DNA of 64,000 bases from positions 640,001 through 704,000 of the forward strand of contig CAVTRC010000001.1 of NCBI GenBank assembly GCA_963737065.1, written 5' to 3'. A program made the translations under genes and the position numbers. Shown piece by piece: positions 48,153 to 58,548 of this stretch (positions are counted from its first letter, which is position 1; each line of letters begins with the position of its first letter). The DNA comes from Candidatus Eremiobacteria bacterium (GTDB taxonomy: Bacteria; Vulcanimicrobiota; Vulcanimicrobiia; Vulcanimicrobiales; Vulcanimicrobiaceae). Under the pieces are notes generated by a model that was not told where the DNA came from, did no database searches, and saw only the letters and a program-made list of their open reading frames with translations.

Positions 48153-49412
48153 ATGGGCGTGGCAACGACGTTACGCGTGGCCGCGCTGCAACTTGCGGCG
48201 CACGATCGCGCCGATTTCGAAAAGGCAGAGCGATCCTTGCGCGTCGATGTCACGAACGCAGCGCGCGAGCACGATGTGCTCGTGCTCCCTGAAGCGACCC
48301 TTCCTGCATATGTTCTCGGCGACGATCGCGTTGATGATGAGTCAATTGCGCGCGCACTCGGCCGTTTGCAAGCCATCGCTCGCGAATCGACATGCGTCAT
48401 CGTTGCCGGCGCAGCGATTCGCCGAGCAGGCAAGCTCTATAACAGCGCGGTGATTATCGATGCCGACGGCACGATCGCGGGAAGCTCCGAGAAGATTTTC
48501 CTCTGGCATTTCGACCGGAAGTGGTTCGCGCGGGGCGAGCGGATCGCGCCGGTGGAAACGCGCGCCGGGCGTTTGGGCGTGATGATCTGCGCGGACGGAC
48601 GCATGCCCAACATCGCGCAGACGCTGGTCGATCGCGGTGCCGACCTTCTCGTTATGCCGACCGCGTGGGTGACATCGGGACGCGATCCCAACGCGCTCGA
48701 AAACATTCAAGCCGATTTACTTGCGCGCGTTCGTGCATTTGAGAACGGCGTACCGTTCGTCGCCGCGAACAAGTGCGGCGCCGAAATGAACATGGTCGCG
48801 TACTGCGGCAAGTCGCAAATCATCGATTGCACGGGTGAAGTCGTCGCAATCGCCTCGCAGCACGAGCCAGGCATCATCGAGGCTTCGATCGTGCTCGGTG
48901 TAGGATCACGTATCCCCGCGCCGGTGCTGAAGCCCATAGAACGGTTGCCGCGCGCCGACGCCGTGCGCGTCGCATTCTCGCTTGACGGTGTCGGCGATAT
49001 CGCGCGACGTCTGGAGATCCTCGACGCCGAAGAATTCATTACGCCGGCGAGCGATGAGTGTATCGACGCGGAGATCGCGCTCGATCCAGGCGCACTTCCG
49101 AAATATCGTGCCGCCGGCTACCGCCGGGTCGTTCTCGACGCGCAACGTTCGCATCCGTGGCTCGAACGCATCGCTCGCGCTCGCGCGGCGGAACTGCGGA
49201 TCTTCGTCGTCGTTTTCGATCGCGAACGCGATCGCGCGTATGCCGTCGACCCGGACGGCACAATCATCGCGGGTACGTATGACGGCTTGCGGATCGCGAG
49301 CGCCGCGATGGACTTCCGGCGCACGAACGAAACGATGGTCGCGCCCGGGACCGACGTGGACGTCGGCCTCGCCACGGTCGCCTCGATCGCAAACGCGGAC
49401 GAACGCGTGTGA
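48153..49412 (+). CDS. Carbon-nitrogen hydrolase (nitrilase superfamily) with a C-terminal extension
   Basis: Catalytic triad LPE / SEKIFLW / MICADG; LYNSAVII; ARAFEN. Confidence 0.88.
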   Translation: MGVATTLRVAALQLAAHDRADFEKAERSLRVDVTNAAREHDVLVLPEATLPAYVLGDDRVDDESIARALGRLQAIARESTCVIVAGAAIRRAGKLYNSAVIIDADGTIAGSSEKIFLWHFDRKWFARGERIAPVETRAGRLGVMICADGRMPNIAQTLVDRGADLLVMPTAWVTSGRDPNALENIQADLLARVRAFENGVPFVAANKCGAEMNMVAYCGKSQIIDCTGEVVAIASQHEPGIIEASIVLGVGSRIPAPVLKPIERLPRADAVRVAFSLDGVGDIARRLEILDAEEFITPASDECIDAEIALDPGALPKYRAAGYRRVVLDAQRSHPWLERIARARAAELRIFVVVFDRERDRAYAVDPDGTIIAGTYDGLRIASAAMDFRRTNETMVAPGTDVDVGLATVASIANADERV

Positions 49413-49978
49413 CGACGCCTTCGAAGGTGTACGAAGAGGCGACCGAGCGCGACGAGCAAATCGCGCACGGCCAGCGCTTTATCCCGCTCGTTGCGGCGAT
49501 CATCGCCGTGCTCGCGGCACTCGGCACGATGCTCTCACATCATCGTTCGGTGGAAGCGCTCAATCTCAAGAACAACGCGATTTTGACCACGACGAAAGCC
49601 TCCGATCAATACACGACCTATCAGACGAAACGCGTGCGCGTGGCCGTGTACTCGACGCTTCTGCTCGGCGACGTCATCCGTGCTCCGAAGGGACGTGCGA
49701 ACACGCAGAAGGCGCTCGATCACGAACAGGCCACCTCCGTCGCTATCCTCAAGGAAGCGCAGCGGTTGGAACAGCGCGCCGCCGAGGAGCAACAAGAATC
49801 GGAAAAACTGATGGCGTCGTTCGTCACACTGGAAGTCGGCACGACCCTCTTCGAAATTGCGATCGTACTCTCGTCGATCTCGGCAATGACGCAATCGCGC
49901 GCGTTGCTTTGGGTTGCGATAGGAACGTCGGTAATCGGAATTATCCTACTCGTCATCGGGTACGCTCCGGCACATTGA
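49409..49978 (+). CDS. DUF4337-like membrane protein
   Basis: TM, ASDQYTTYQTK, coiled region, LFEIAIVLSSISAMT, TM. Confidence 0.7.
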   Translation: MTTPSKVYEEATERDEQIAHGQRFIPLVAAIIAVLAALGTMLSHHRSVEALNLKNNAILTTTKASDQYTTYQTKRVRVAVYSTLLLGDVIRAPKGRANTQKALDHEQATSVAILKEAQRLEQRAAEEQQESEKLMASFVTLEVGTTLFEIAIVLSSISAMTQSRALLWVAIGTSVIGIILLVIGYAPAH

Positions 49979-51222
49979 TCCGACGCCTGCTCGCCGCCGC
50001 GTTGCTGATCGCGGTTACCGTTGGCGCATCGCCGCATCGCGCGCACAACCGAAAAGCCGTTGCGTCATTTACGCTGCCGGATCTTCCGCTGGTTCCCGGC
50101 AGCGTCGTGCCGATCGACGTGCAAGGTTTGGCGCCGCCGTACGATGTCGATATTCTAGGCCCCGGCCGGTTCAGCGCCGGCGAATACTGGGTCCCGAGCG
50201 TGGTTGGCGGGACCGCGACCGTACTCGCGGCCGGCCCGAGCGCGCTCGCCATGCGATCCATCACATTCGCGCCGCCCCCGAGCGCGCAACAACCCTTCGT
50301 TGCGGTCGCCTCATACGATGACGGCGTCGTGTTCCACGATGCTGCGCCACCGTTTGCGATGCGCGCCATTCTCGGTGTGGGCGGCGCGCCGAGCGATGTC
50401 GCGATCGACCCTTCCGGTGAGATTGCGGCCGCCGCGACGAACGGCACGATCGCCGCAATCGCGACGTTACAGCCATGGAACGTATCAACCTACTCCGCCG
50501 TGCCGTTCACCGACGAGCTCGCCTTTGATACGTCGACGCACGCGCTCTACGCTTCCAATCGTGACGTGAACGGTGCCGGTGCGGTCACGCGAATCGCGCC
50601 CGACGGCACGATTCGTCAACGTGTGATCGGATTGACCGCCGAAGGAATCGCCGTCGACGCTCGCCGGCGCCGAGTGTACGTCGCGAACGTGAACGACGGC
50701 ACCGTTTCCATCGTCGACGCCGATTCACTCGTCGAGCTTCGCCGCTTCAAGGCCGTTCCGCGCGTTTTCTCGCTCGCGCTCGACGACGACGGCTCGCGGC
50801 TCTATGCCGTATCGAATCAAAGTCTGACGTCGCCCTTCGGATCCGCGGGCTCCGTGATCGCGATCGACGTCTCGCGCGACGTACCACGTATCGTCGCCCG
50901 CACCCGCGCCTTGACGTTTCCCGTCGGCGTCGCGGTTGACGACCGGCATCACCGCATTTTCGTCACCGACGAGCACGACGACGATGTCGATGTGTTCGAT
51001 TCGCGCACGCTGCACCCGGCGCACGCGCCGCTGCTTACGTGCCGCACGCCGTGGAAGCCGCTCGTCGACGAAAGCCGCCTCTACGTTCCGTGCGCGCGAT
51101 CCAATAACGTCGACGTCATCGACACCACGACGTTGAAACGTGAGGCGGGAGCACCGTTCGCGACGGGCGGCTATCCGCTCGCCGTCGCGGTATGGCACCC
51201 GCACGCCTCCGTCGTACGTTAG
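49975..51222 (+). CDS. Secreted YncE/YVTN-type beta-propeller protein
   Basis: EGIAVD..RRRVYVANVNDGTVSIVD, PVGVAVD, SNNVDVIDT; TTG overlaps the upstream TGA. Confidence 0.82.
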   Translation: MIRRLLAAALLIAVTVGASPHRAHNRKAVASFTLPDLPLVPGSVVPIDVQGLAPPYDVDILGPGRFSAGEYWVPSVVGGTATVLAAGPSALAMRSITFAPPPSAQQPFVAVASYDDGVVFHDAAPPFAMRAILGVGGAPSDVAIDPSGEIAAAATNGTIAAIATLQPWNVSTYSAVPFTDELAFDTSTHALYASNRDVNGAGAVTRIAPDGTIRQRVIGLTAEGIAVDARRRRVYVANVNDGTVSIVDADSLVELRRFKAVPRVFSLALDDDGSRLYAVSNQSLTSPFGSAGSVIAIDVSRDVPRIVARTRALTFPVGVAVDDRHHRIFVTDEHDDDVDVFDSRTLHPAHAPLLTCRTPWKPLVDESRLYVPCARSNNVDVIDTTTLKREAGAPFATGGYPLAVAVWHPHASVVR

Positions 51223-51250
51223 CAACCTCCGAAGGAGAAAATCCTGATCC

Positions 51251-53321
51251 GTGATTGCAGCAGCTTTGCTTGCCGTGCTTCCTTTGCGCCTGATGCCGCA
51301 GGCGCCGTTTCCGCGTGTAGTTACGGCGCCGCGTACGGCGCAACGCGTCACGTCCGGAGTTGAGTACGCGCGTTACACGATGACGACCGAACTCGGTCCG
51401 ATGGTCGTGAACGTGCTCGCGATCAAGCCAAACCGGTCGCAGATCCGAATCGATTCGGTGCTCGCGCACGACGCATTGACGTCGAGCGGCGAGACGATCA
51501 CGTCGATGGCGCAACGCACCGGTGCGGTCGCCGGCATCAATGGCGATTACTTCGACATCGGCGCGACGAATCAGCCGACGAACATCGTCGTGACGCATCA
51601 TACGTTGCTGCGAACGCCGCGCAAACGATTTGCGCTGTTGATCACAAACCAAGGTCCCGAGATCGCGGAAACGAGCTTTAGCGGACAACTTCAGATCGGC
51701 GCGCGGACGTTTGCGCTTGATGCCGTCAACGAAATGCTGCCCCCGCACGGCGGCATCTCGCTGTTGACGCCGGCGTATGGATCGGTCGCGCCGGGCGATG
51801 CGTTGACGTTAGTCGCGATACGACCGGTAAACGGCACACCGCCGTTCGCGACATACGCGGTCGTGAATCAAGCGAACAACTTCGCACGGCAACCCGCCGG
51901 GTATTACGTCGCCATTGGACCGACCGCAATTGCAAACACCGGTGTCCCGAATCCGGGCGATACGATCGTTGCAACCGGTGATCTCGATGGGACCGATTTG
52001 TCGAACGTGCGAGCAGCCGTCGGCGGCGGGCCCTTGATTCTCGAAGACGGAAAGTGGTACGACGATCTCGACGGGCCGCGCGGCGGAACGTACTCGATGC
52101 GCGCACCACAAAGCGGCGCAGCGCTTACGCCCGACGGGACCCTGCTGCTGATCGAAGTCGATGGACGCCAGCCGGATGAATCGATCGGTGTTACGCCGCA
52201 AGAATTTTCGGCGCTGATGCGGTCGTTCGGTGCGACGCGCGGTATGGAATTCGATAGCGGCGGTTCGTCCGAGATGGCAGTTCGTATCCCGGGCAACGGC
52301 GTTGCAACGCTGGTCAATTCACCGTCGGACGGCAAAGAACGTCCAGTCTCCGACGGCGTCTTCATCTACAACGACGCTCCGGTGAGCGCGCCTGCGCAGA
52401 TCGTCGCACAGCCGCAAGCCGTGCGCGCAATCGCCGGCGCGCGTGTGCCGCTGCGCCTCGCAGCCGTCGACGCTGCGGATCATCCCGTCGCAGCACCGGG
52501 CGCAATACACGTGCGCGTCGAGCCCGCATCGCTCGGCGCGTACGGCGACGGCACGTTCGTTGCGCAGCACACGGGTTCGGGTTCGCTCATCGCGCGCAGC
52601 GGCACGCTGCTCTCGCGCATACCGGTGGACGTCGTCGAGCGACCCGGCGCGGATCGTTATTCTGCCGCACGACCCGATCGTTGGTAAAAACGCACACGTT
52701 ACGCTCGAAGCGCGCGCGTACGATGCCGCGGGCTACGAGCTCGCGCTACCGGCGCACCTACCGTGGCGCGCGAGCACGGGAAATATCGACGGCAGCGGAC
52801 TCTTTTCCGCGGGAACGCACGACGCCGTAATCTCGCTTTTGGTCGGCGATCATCTCGCGAACGCGCGCGTAAGCGTCGGTTTCCGCGACGTTGCGCTGCC
52901 TTTCACGAACCACGTTCATTTTATGACGTCGCCGAGCGGCGGCGAAGGCGCAATCAGCAGCGAATGCGACGGATGCGTCGAGCTGCAGTATCGGCTCGGG
53001 AAAAAAGAGCGTGCGGCATATGCCGCCTCGGATACGCCATTGCCTCCCCGATCGGCCGGCGTCGCGTTCGACGTTCGGGATGACGGGAACGGCGCGCAGC
53101 TCAAAGTCGCGCTGCACAACGCGCTCAACGAGGAAGTGTTGCTGCCGGCGACGGTTCTCGTCGGTCACGGCTGGCGGCACGTCGTGGTAACGTTTCCGCA
53201 GTCGCTCTTCCAGCCTGCGCGTTTGACCGCAATATACGTGATCGGATCGGTTCCGGGCGAAGCGCACGCAGGCACGATCGGAATCCGAGACGTGAAGGCG
53301 GTCGTCGGCGGCTCGGAGTAG
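51251..53321 (+). pseudogene. Phosphodiester glycosidase (NAGPA/DUF2233) family protein with Ig and carbohydrate-binding-like tail, split by a one-base insertion near 52636-52637
   Basis: AVAGINGDYF, AVGGGP, VDGRQ..SIG, FDSGGSS, NSPSDG.ERPV; deleting one base gives ...VDVVSDPARIVILP... joining ORFs 51251-52687 and 52443-53321. Confidence 0.8.
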
Positions 53322-53344
53322 TCGCGCGTTTAAGGAGGCTCCGA

Positions 53345-54796
53345 ATGCAGTTCGAAGACCTCGGGCGCAGGGCGCTCGATACCGCGACCGCCCGCGGCGC
53401 GCGCTATACGGACATCCGCTTCGAATCCGTGCGTAGCGAACGAATCGAGGTGCGCAATGCCGTCGTCGCTTCGCTGGCCGATTCGCGCAGCGTCGGATAC
53501 GGCATCCGCGCTCTCGTCGACGGTGCGTGGGGCTTCGCGGCAAGCGAAGATCTTACGACGGCCGGCATCGATGCTGCGGCGGCGCGCGCGGTCACGATTG
53601 CGCGCGCGAGCGCTTCGATCGCGCGACGTCCAATCGGCGAACCGCCACCTGCTCCGTACGTCGACACGTTTACTACCCCGCTGGAGCGCGATCCGCAAAG
53701 CGTTCCGCTCGGAGATCGCGTCGCATTGCTGCTTGAAGCGGAAAAGGCGCTGCACTCGACGGCGGCCGTCGGGGTGGGGCGCGCGTGGCTCGATCTCTGG
53801 GACACCGAAAAATTCCTTTTCAGCTCCATCGGTTCAGCGATACAACAACGCATCGTACAGACGGGCAGCGGGATTCAAGCACTCGCGGTAGGCGAGGGAG
53901 ACGTGCAAGCGCGCACGTTCCCCGGCGACGTCGGCCTCTACAAATCGGGGGGATGGGAGATCGTCAAGGAGGCGGCACTCGTGCAAAACGCCGCGCGCAT
54001 CGGTGAAGAAGCGACGGCGCTGCTGAACGCGCCGCAGTGTCCGAGCGGCACGTTCGACATCGTTCTCGGCGGCTCGCAAATGTCGCTGCAAATCCACGAA
54101 TCATGCGGACATCCGGCCGAACTCGACCGCGTCATGGGATGGGAAGCGAACTTCTCCGGAACGAGTTTTCTCGAAATCTCTCAGCTCGGGAAACTGAAAT
54201 ATGGAGCGGACATCGTCTCAATCGTGATCGACAATACGTTACCGTTTGGAATGGCGACGTGCGGCTACGACGATGAAGGAACCAAATCAGGCGTCTCCGA
54301 CATCATTCGCGACGGCACGCTGGCCGGCTACGAGATGAGCAACGATACGGCGCGCGCGATCGGACGCACGAGTAACGGGTGCGTGCGCGCGCAGAGCTGG
54401 GAATTCGCACCGATGATCCGCATGTGCAATCTCAACTTGCTGCCCGGGAACGTTGCCTTCGAGCATCTCTTTGACGACGTGCGCGACGGCGTTTACATGG
54501 AGAGCAACCGCTCGTGGTCCATCGACGATCGGCGGTTGAACTTTCAGTTCGGTTGTCAGATCGGGTGGGAGATCAAGAACGGGAAACGGGGGCGAATGCT
54601 CAAGAATCCGACGTACGGCGGAATGACGCCGCAGTTTTGGAACGCGTGCGACGCGATTGCCGACGAGCGATCGTGGAACGCCTGGGGGACGCCGAATTGC
54701 GGCAAGGGTGAACCGATGCAAGTGGGTCGCACGACGCAAGCAGCAGCACCGGCGCGATTCCGCGGTATCGCGGTAGGAGTCGGCTACGGTGGATAA
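53345..54796 (+). CDS. tldD: TldD metalloprotease subunit
   Basis: AAGGAGG RBS; GIRALVDGAWGFA, HESCGH.AE.DR, YDDEG, RM.N, CGKGEP. Confidence 0.9.
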   Translation: MQFEDLGRRALDTATARGARYTDIRFESVRSERIEVRNAVVASLADSRSVGYGIRALVDGAWGFAASEDLTTAGIDAAAARAVTIARASASIARRPIGEPPPAPYVDTFTTPLERDPQSVPLGDRVALLLEAEKALHSTAAVGVGRAWLDLWDTEKFLFSSIGSAIQQRIVQTGSGIQALAVGEGDVQARTFPGDVGLYKSGGWEIVKEAALVQNAARIGEEATALLNAPQCPSGTFDIVLGGSQMSLQIHESCGHPAELDRVMGWEANFSGTSFLEISQLGKLKYGADIVSIVIDNTLPFGMATCGYDDEGTKSGVSDIIRDGTLAGYEMSNDTARAIGRTSNGCVRAQSWEFAPMIRMCNLNLLPGNVAFEHLFDDVRDGVYMESNRSWSIDDRRLNFQFGCQIGWEIKNGKRGRMLKNPTYGGMTPQFWNACDAIADERSWNAWGTPNCGKGEPMQVGRTTQAAAPARFRGIAVGVGYGG

Positions 54797-56120
54797 GGCG
54801 CAGCGCGAAGGCATCGCACGCCGCGCGCTTGCGGCCTCGAACGCCGATCAAACCGAAGTCATCGTGAGCGGATCGAACAAGGCGTTGACGCGCTTCACGC
54901 ATGGCGTATCGAATCAAAACGTCGACGCAATCGATGTCAACGTTTCGGTTCGTGCAATCGTCGACGGGCGTACCGGCGTTGCAGCGAGCAATCGCACCGA
55001 GGACGGGGATCTCGAAGAGCTGGTGCGGCGTGCAATCGACATGGCCGCCTTTGCTCCGGCCGATCCGCTGCGTCCAACGCTCCCGTGCGGTGGCGCAATG
55101 CTCTCTCCGCCGGACGCGTTCGATGACGCCACGGCGCGCGCGGACGCGTTTGCACGCGCGCATATCTGCGATTCGATACTCACCGAAGCCGAGGAAGCCG
55201 GGTACTGGTGCGCCGGCTACACTTCTACGGCGCGCGAGGGCGTCAGTATCGCGAATTCTTCGGGCGCGCTCGCGTCGTTCGACGGAACCGACGCGCAAGC
55301 AAACGTCAAGATGATCGGCTCGGATTCGTCGGGATTCGCGGAGTTTTATTCCACGAAAATGGGCGCGGTGAACGGGCGCGACGTCGGACGGCGAGCCGCA
55401 CATAAAGCGCGCGAATCGGCTGAGCCGAAGACCGTTGAACCCGGTGAATGGACCGTCATCCTCGAACCGCCTGCGTTCGGCGAACTACTCGCGTACCTCA
55501 TCGGCCACTTTTCGGCGCAGTCGTTCGACGAAGGCTCGTCGTTCTGCAGCGACGGGCTCGAGCGCTCGTACTTCGCGGACGCCGTTACGATCCATGACGA
55601 CTATGCGAACCCGCTCGCGCCCGGCATGCCGTTCGATTTCGAAGCGCAGCCCAAGGAGCGCCTGGCGTTGGTCGAATCGGGCGCCGTTCGGAACGTCGTG
55701 ACCGACAGCTACTATGCGAAGAAGCTCGACCGTCGGAATACGGGCCACGCGCTTCCCGCGCCGAACGCGTGGGGGCCGCAAGCGCTCAACATCGTCGTTT
55801 CACCGGGAACGAGCTCGACGGAAGAATTGATCGCGCAAACATCACGCGGCCTCCTGATCTCACGGTTCTGGTATATCCGGAACGTGGACCAAAAGAAAAC
55901 GATCGTTACGGGGATGACTCGGGACGGAACGTTTCTCATCGAGCACGGGCGCATTACCGGCGGCGTCCGCAATCTGCGTTTCAATCAAAGCATCGTCGAA
56001 GCGCTCGGCGCGGTGTCATTCTCGAACGATCAGCACCGCACGGGACAATATTCGTATTCGCTCGTCGTTCCGACGGCGAAAATCGAACGCTTCAATTTCA
56101 CGAGCACAACGGAGTTCTAG
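54789..56120 (+). CDS. pmbA: TldE/PmbA subunit
   Basis: TRF...QN, VILEP.A, FDFE, TGHA, TGMTRDG; lacks HExxxH; follows tldD. Confidence 0.85.
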   Translation: MDKAQREGIARRALAASNADQTEVIVSGSNKALTRFTHGVSNQNVDAIDVNVSVRAIVDGRTGVAASNRTEDGDLEELVRRAIDMAAFAPADPLRPTLPCGGAMLSPPDAFDDATARADAFARAHICDSILTEAEEAGYWCAGYTSTAREGVSIANSSGALASFDGTDAQANVKMIGSDSSGFAEFYSTKMGAVNGRDVGRRAAHKARESAEPKTVEPGEWTVILEPPAFGELLAYLIGHFSAQSFDEGSSFCSDGLERSYFADAVTIHDDYANPLAPGMPFDFEAQPKERLALVESGAVRNVVTDSYYAKKLDRRNTGHALPAPNAWGPQALNIVVSPGTSSTEELIAQTSRGLLISRFWYIRNVDQKKTIVTGMTRDGTFLIEHGRITGGVRNLRFNQSIVEALGAVSFSNDQHRTGQYSYSLVVPTAKIERFNFTSTTEF

Positions 56121-56124
56121 CGCC

Positions 56125-56841
56125 GTGCTAACGTCTCTCCTCCTGGTACTGCTCTTACGTCTTCCATCGGTGCTGATGTACCATCAAGTCGATCTGCAGG
56201 CGCCGCGGGATGCGATCGGACGCGCGCTGACCGTTTCGCCCATCCAACTCTCGCACGATCTCCAGTATCTCGCCAGCCACAATCTGCGCGCCGTGAGCGT
56301 CGACGATTATTTGGAGGCCGTCAAGGCGCATCGCTCGACGGATGACATGGTGATCCTTACGTTCGACGACGGCTACGCAGACCAGTTCACACAAGCGCTT
56401 CCGGTACTGCTAGCTCATCACGCGCATGCCACGTTCTTCATCACGACCGGTAACGTCGGCAAACGAAATCACCTCACGTGGGGTGAGATCGACGAGATGC
56501 ACCACGAGGGGATGTCGATCGGCGGCCACAGCGTCGAACACGTCGATCTCGCGGCGCTCTCGCCGCAACAGCAGCGCTCCGAAATCGAAGGCTGCCTGGC
56601 CGCGCTTGCGCAGCATGGCGTCACGGCAGATACGTATGCGTATCCCGGCGGAACGTTCAATCGCGCGACGGAAGCAATACTCGCCAAGGAACCCGTCGCA
56701 CTGGCATTTACGACCGATGCATCGCATCGCATCGGTATCTATGCCCGATTCGAAATCGCACGCCTGCGCGTGAAAAACGTTACGACGATCCACGAACTCG
56801 CGCGGGAGCTCGCACAACCATCAAAGCAGCACCTGCAATAG
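56125..56841 (+). CDS. Polysaccharide deacetylase (NodB/CE4)
   Basis: LMYH, LTFDDGY, ATFF, GGHSVEH, AYPGG. Confidence 0.92.
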   Translation: MLTSLLLVLLLRLPSVLMYHQVDLQAPRDAIGRALTVSPIQLSHDLQYLASHNLRAVSVDDYLEAVKAHRSTDDMVILTFDDGYADQFTQALPVLLAHHAHATFFITTGNVGKRNHLTWGEIDEMHHEGMSIGGHSVEHVDLAALSPQQQRSEIEGCLAALAQHGVTADTYAYPGGTFNRATEAILAKEPVALAFTTDASHRIGIYARFEIARLRVKNVTTIHELARELAQPSKQHLQ

Positions 56842-57706
56842 CGAGCGCGACTGCGAACCCCACGACCCGGATGTCGGGAACGGAAACGAGATTTACCGCC
56901 GGGTAGTTGAAGACGTGCGGTTCGAGCTGGAGTCCGCCGAGCGTCACGCGTGCACCATCGCGCGCGATACCGATTCCGTTCTTCACTTCAACTTCGTTGT
57001 CGTTTTCGACGTCGAAGAGCACGACGGGTACCGCGGCGCCGATCGACGGCATTCGCGCCGCTTCTTGCGCGCTGAAGTACACCGCTTTGACGACGCGATG
57101 CGCCGCGGGAACGGCGAACGAGTCATACGGCACCGTCATGCCGGCAATCGTTTGTTGCGACTGCATGAGCAGGACCGGTGAAAGGAACGTATTCCCGGTC
57201 GGTTGCGTCATCGTTAGGTGTCCGCCGCGCACATCCGAAACGTCGACGGCGACAACGTCTCGCGCTACCGCTTCAAGGAGAAACGGCCCGTCATAACGGC
57301 GTCCCGTTATCGTTTGCGCGTCTCCACCGCGCACGAGTTGGACGCCCGATTGGGCCGAGCGGTTCGACGGCGCAATTGGAAACACGAGCGAACCACCGAG
57401 CGCATCGACTCGTACGGTCGCGCCTGGCGCAGCGACGAGCAGCTGGGAGTCCGGGCCGAGCAGCCCCGACGCAATCGTTGCGAAACCCGCAACAACGCCC
57501 CCGGCGATACACGCGGCAAGCGCAGCTCGCGCGCGCGGTATTTTGATTGCACCGACCGCTCGTGGCAGCGGCATGAGCGCAACGGCGATCAGGGCGGCAA
57601 GAAGCACGTTGAACCAACCGTAATGGTACACGTCGTTGCCGGGGAAGAGCAGCTCGATCAGCGCACATAGGATGAGCGCGGACGCACAAACGAGGCTCGT
57701 GATCAC
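56780..57706 (-). CDS. Membrane protein (3 TM + periplasmic domain + TM), possibly ResB/Ccs1-like
   Basis: DVYHYGWFNVLL resembles the ResB VY.S.WF motif; coupled to a TlpA gene. Confidence 0.5.
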   Translation of the reverse strand: MITSLVCASALILCALIELLFPGNDVYHYGWFNVLLAALIAVALMPLPRAVGAIKIPRARAALAACIAGGVVAGFATIASGLLGPDSQLLVAAPGATVRVDALGGSLVFPIAPSNRSAQSGVQLVRGGDAQTITGRRYDGPFLLEAVARDVVAVDVSDVRGGHLTMTQPTGNTFLSPVLLMQSQQTIAGMTVPYDSFAVPAAHRVVKAVYFSAQEAARMPSIGAAVPVVLFDVENDNEVEVKNGIGIARDGARVTLGGLQLEPHVFNYPAVNLVSVPDIRVVGFAVALAIAGAALMVVRAPARVRGSS

Positions 57707-58233
57707 GAATTCAGGTACGGCCCAACGGCGGCTTGCATCTGCGAGAGCGTCAATGCACCGTCGAATCCCTTGACGACGTTTCCGTCGCGACCGATCACAA
57801 CCGTGGTCGGCATGCCGAGTGCCGCATAGAGACGTCCGTATCGCTGCTGGTCATCGATCCAAATCGGAAAACGAATGCCGAGCGACTGTGCAAATGCGCG
57901 CGCGCGCGAAGGCGACTCACCTTCGTTGACGCCGACCACGACGAGCCCCGCCGACGCGTATTGCTGTGAAAGCCGCTGAAGATCCGGCATCTCAGCGCGG
58001 CACGGCGGACACCACGACGCCCAGAGATTCATCACGATGATGCGTCCGCGATACTGCTGCAATGAAACCACCGTGCCGCGATCGTCGGCTAATGTGAAGG
58101 CAGGAGCGGCCGTTCCCACGAGCGCCGAGGGTCCCGTTGCGTGCGACGTGTCGGAGCGAAAGAACGGAACGATGATGACCGCCGCGATGATGACGACCGC
58201 AATGATGAGCAGCCAGCGCATTTGGCGATTCAC
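57703..58233 (-). CDS. TlpA/ResA-family thiol-disulfide oxidoreductase
   Basis: N-terminal TM, APAFTL, NLWASWCPPCRAEMP, GMPTT. Confidence 0.93.
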   Translation of the reverse strand: MNRQMRWLLIIAVVIIAAVIIVPFFRSDTSHATGPSALVGTAAPAFTLADDRGTVVSLQQYRGRIIVMNLWASWCPPCRAEMPDLQRLSQQYASAGLVVVGVNEGESPSRARAFAQSLGIRFPIWIDDQQRYGRLYAALGMPTTVVIGRDGNVVKGFDGALTLSQMQAAVGPYLNS

Positions 58234-58493
58234 CAGTCGCCCATCCGGTCTTCGTCGACTTCGCCTTCGAACGCAACCGTGCCCGCGGGCATCACGGCAG
58301 CGTAGAGCGGGACGCCGCGGAAGCTGACCTCACGCTTTCGCGCCGCGTCATCACCCGACTCGAAGAGGCGGCAATAGCGCGAAAGAACATCGGGACTGCA
58401 GCGCGCAAGTTTCGGCGAAACGTTATAGATTTGGACGAAGCGGTCGAAAGCGCGTTCGAAACTCTCGGCTGCGAAATTCGACCCCAGGCGCAC
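58230..58493 (-). CDS. Small hypothetical protein; start uncertain (58493 or 58505)
   Basis: GTGA overlap with tlpA; C-terminus FEGEVDEDRMGDW. Confidence 0.6.
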   Translation of the reverse strand: MRLGSNFAAESFERAFDRFVQIYNVSPKLARCSPDVLSRYCRLFESGDDAARKREVSFRGVPLYAAVMPAGTVAFEGEVDEDRMGDW

Positions 58494-58548
58494 TTCGCGC
58501 CGCACGTGTTCCAGGTGACCATCCTCCGACGGACGAAACGGCGACCGC

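Noticed and set aside
53345..56120. TldD/TldE with nearby peptidases as a possible RiPP cluster
   Set aside because: No precursor peptide, YcaO or adjacent modifying enzyme; the context looks housekeeping
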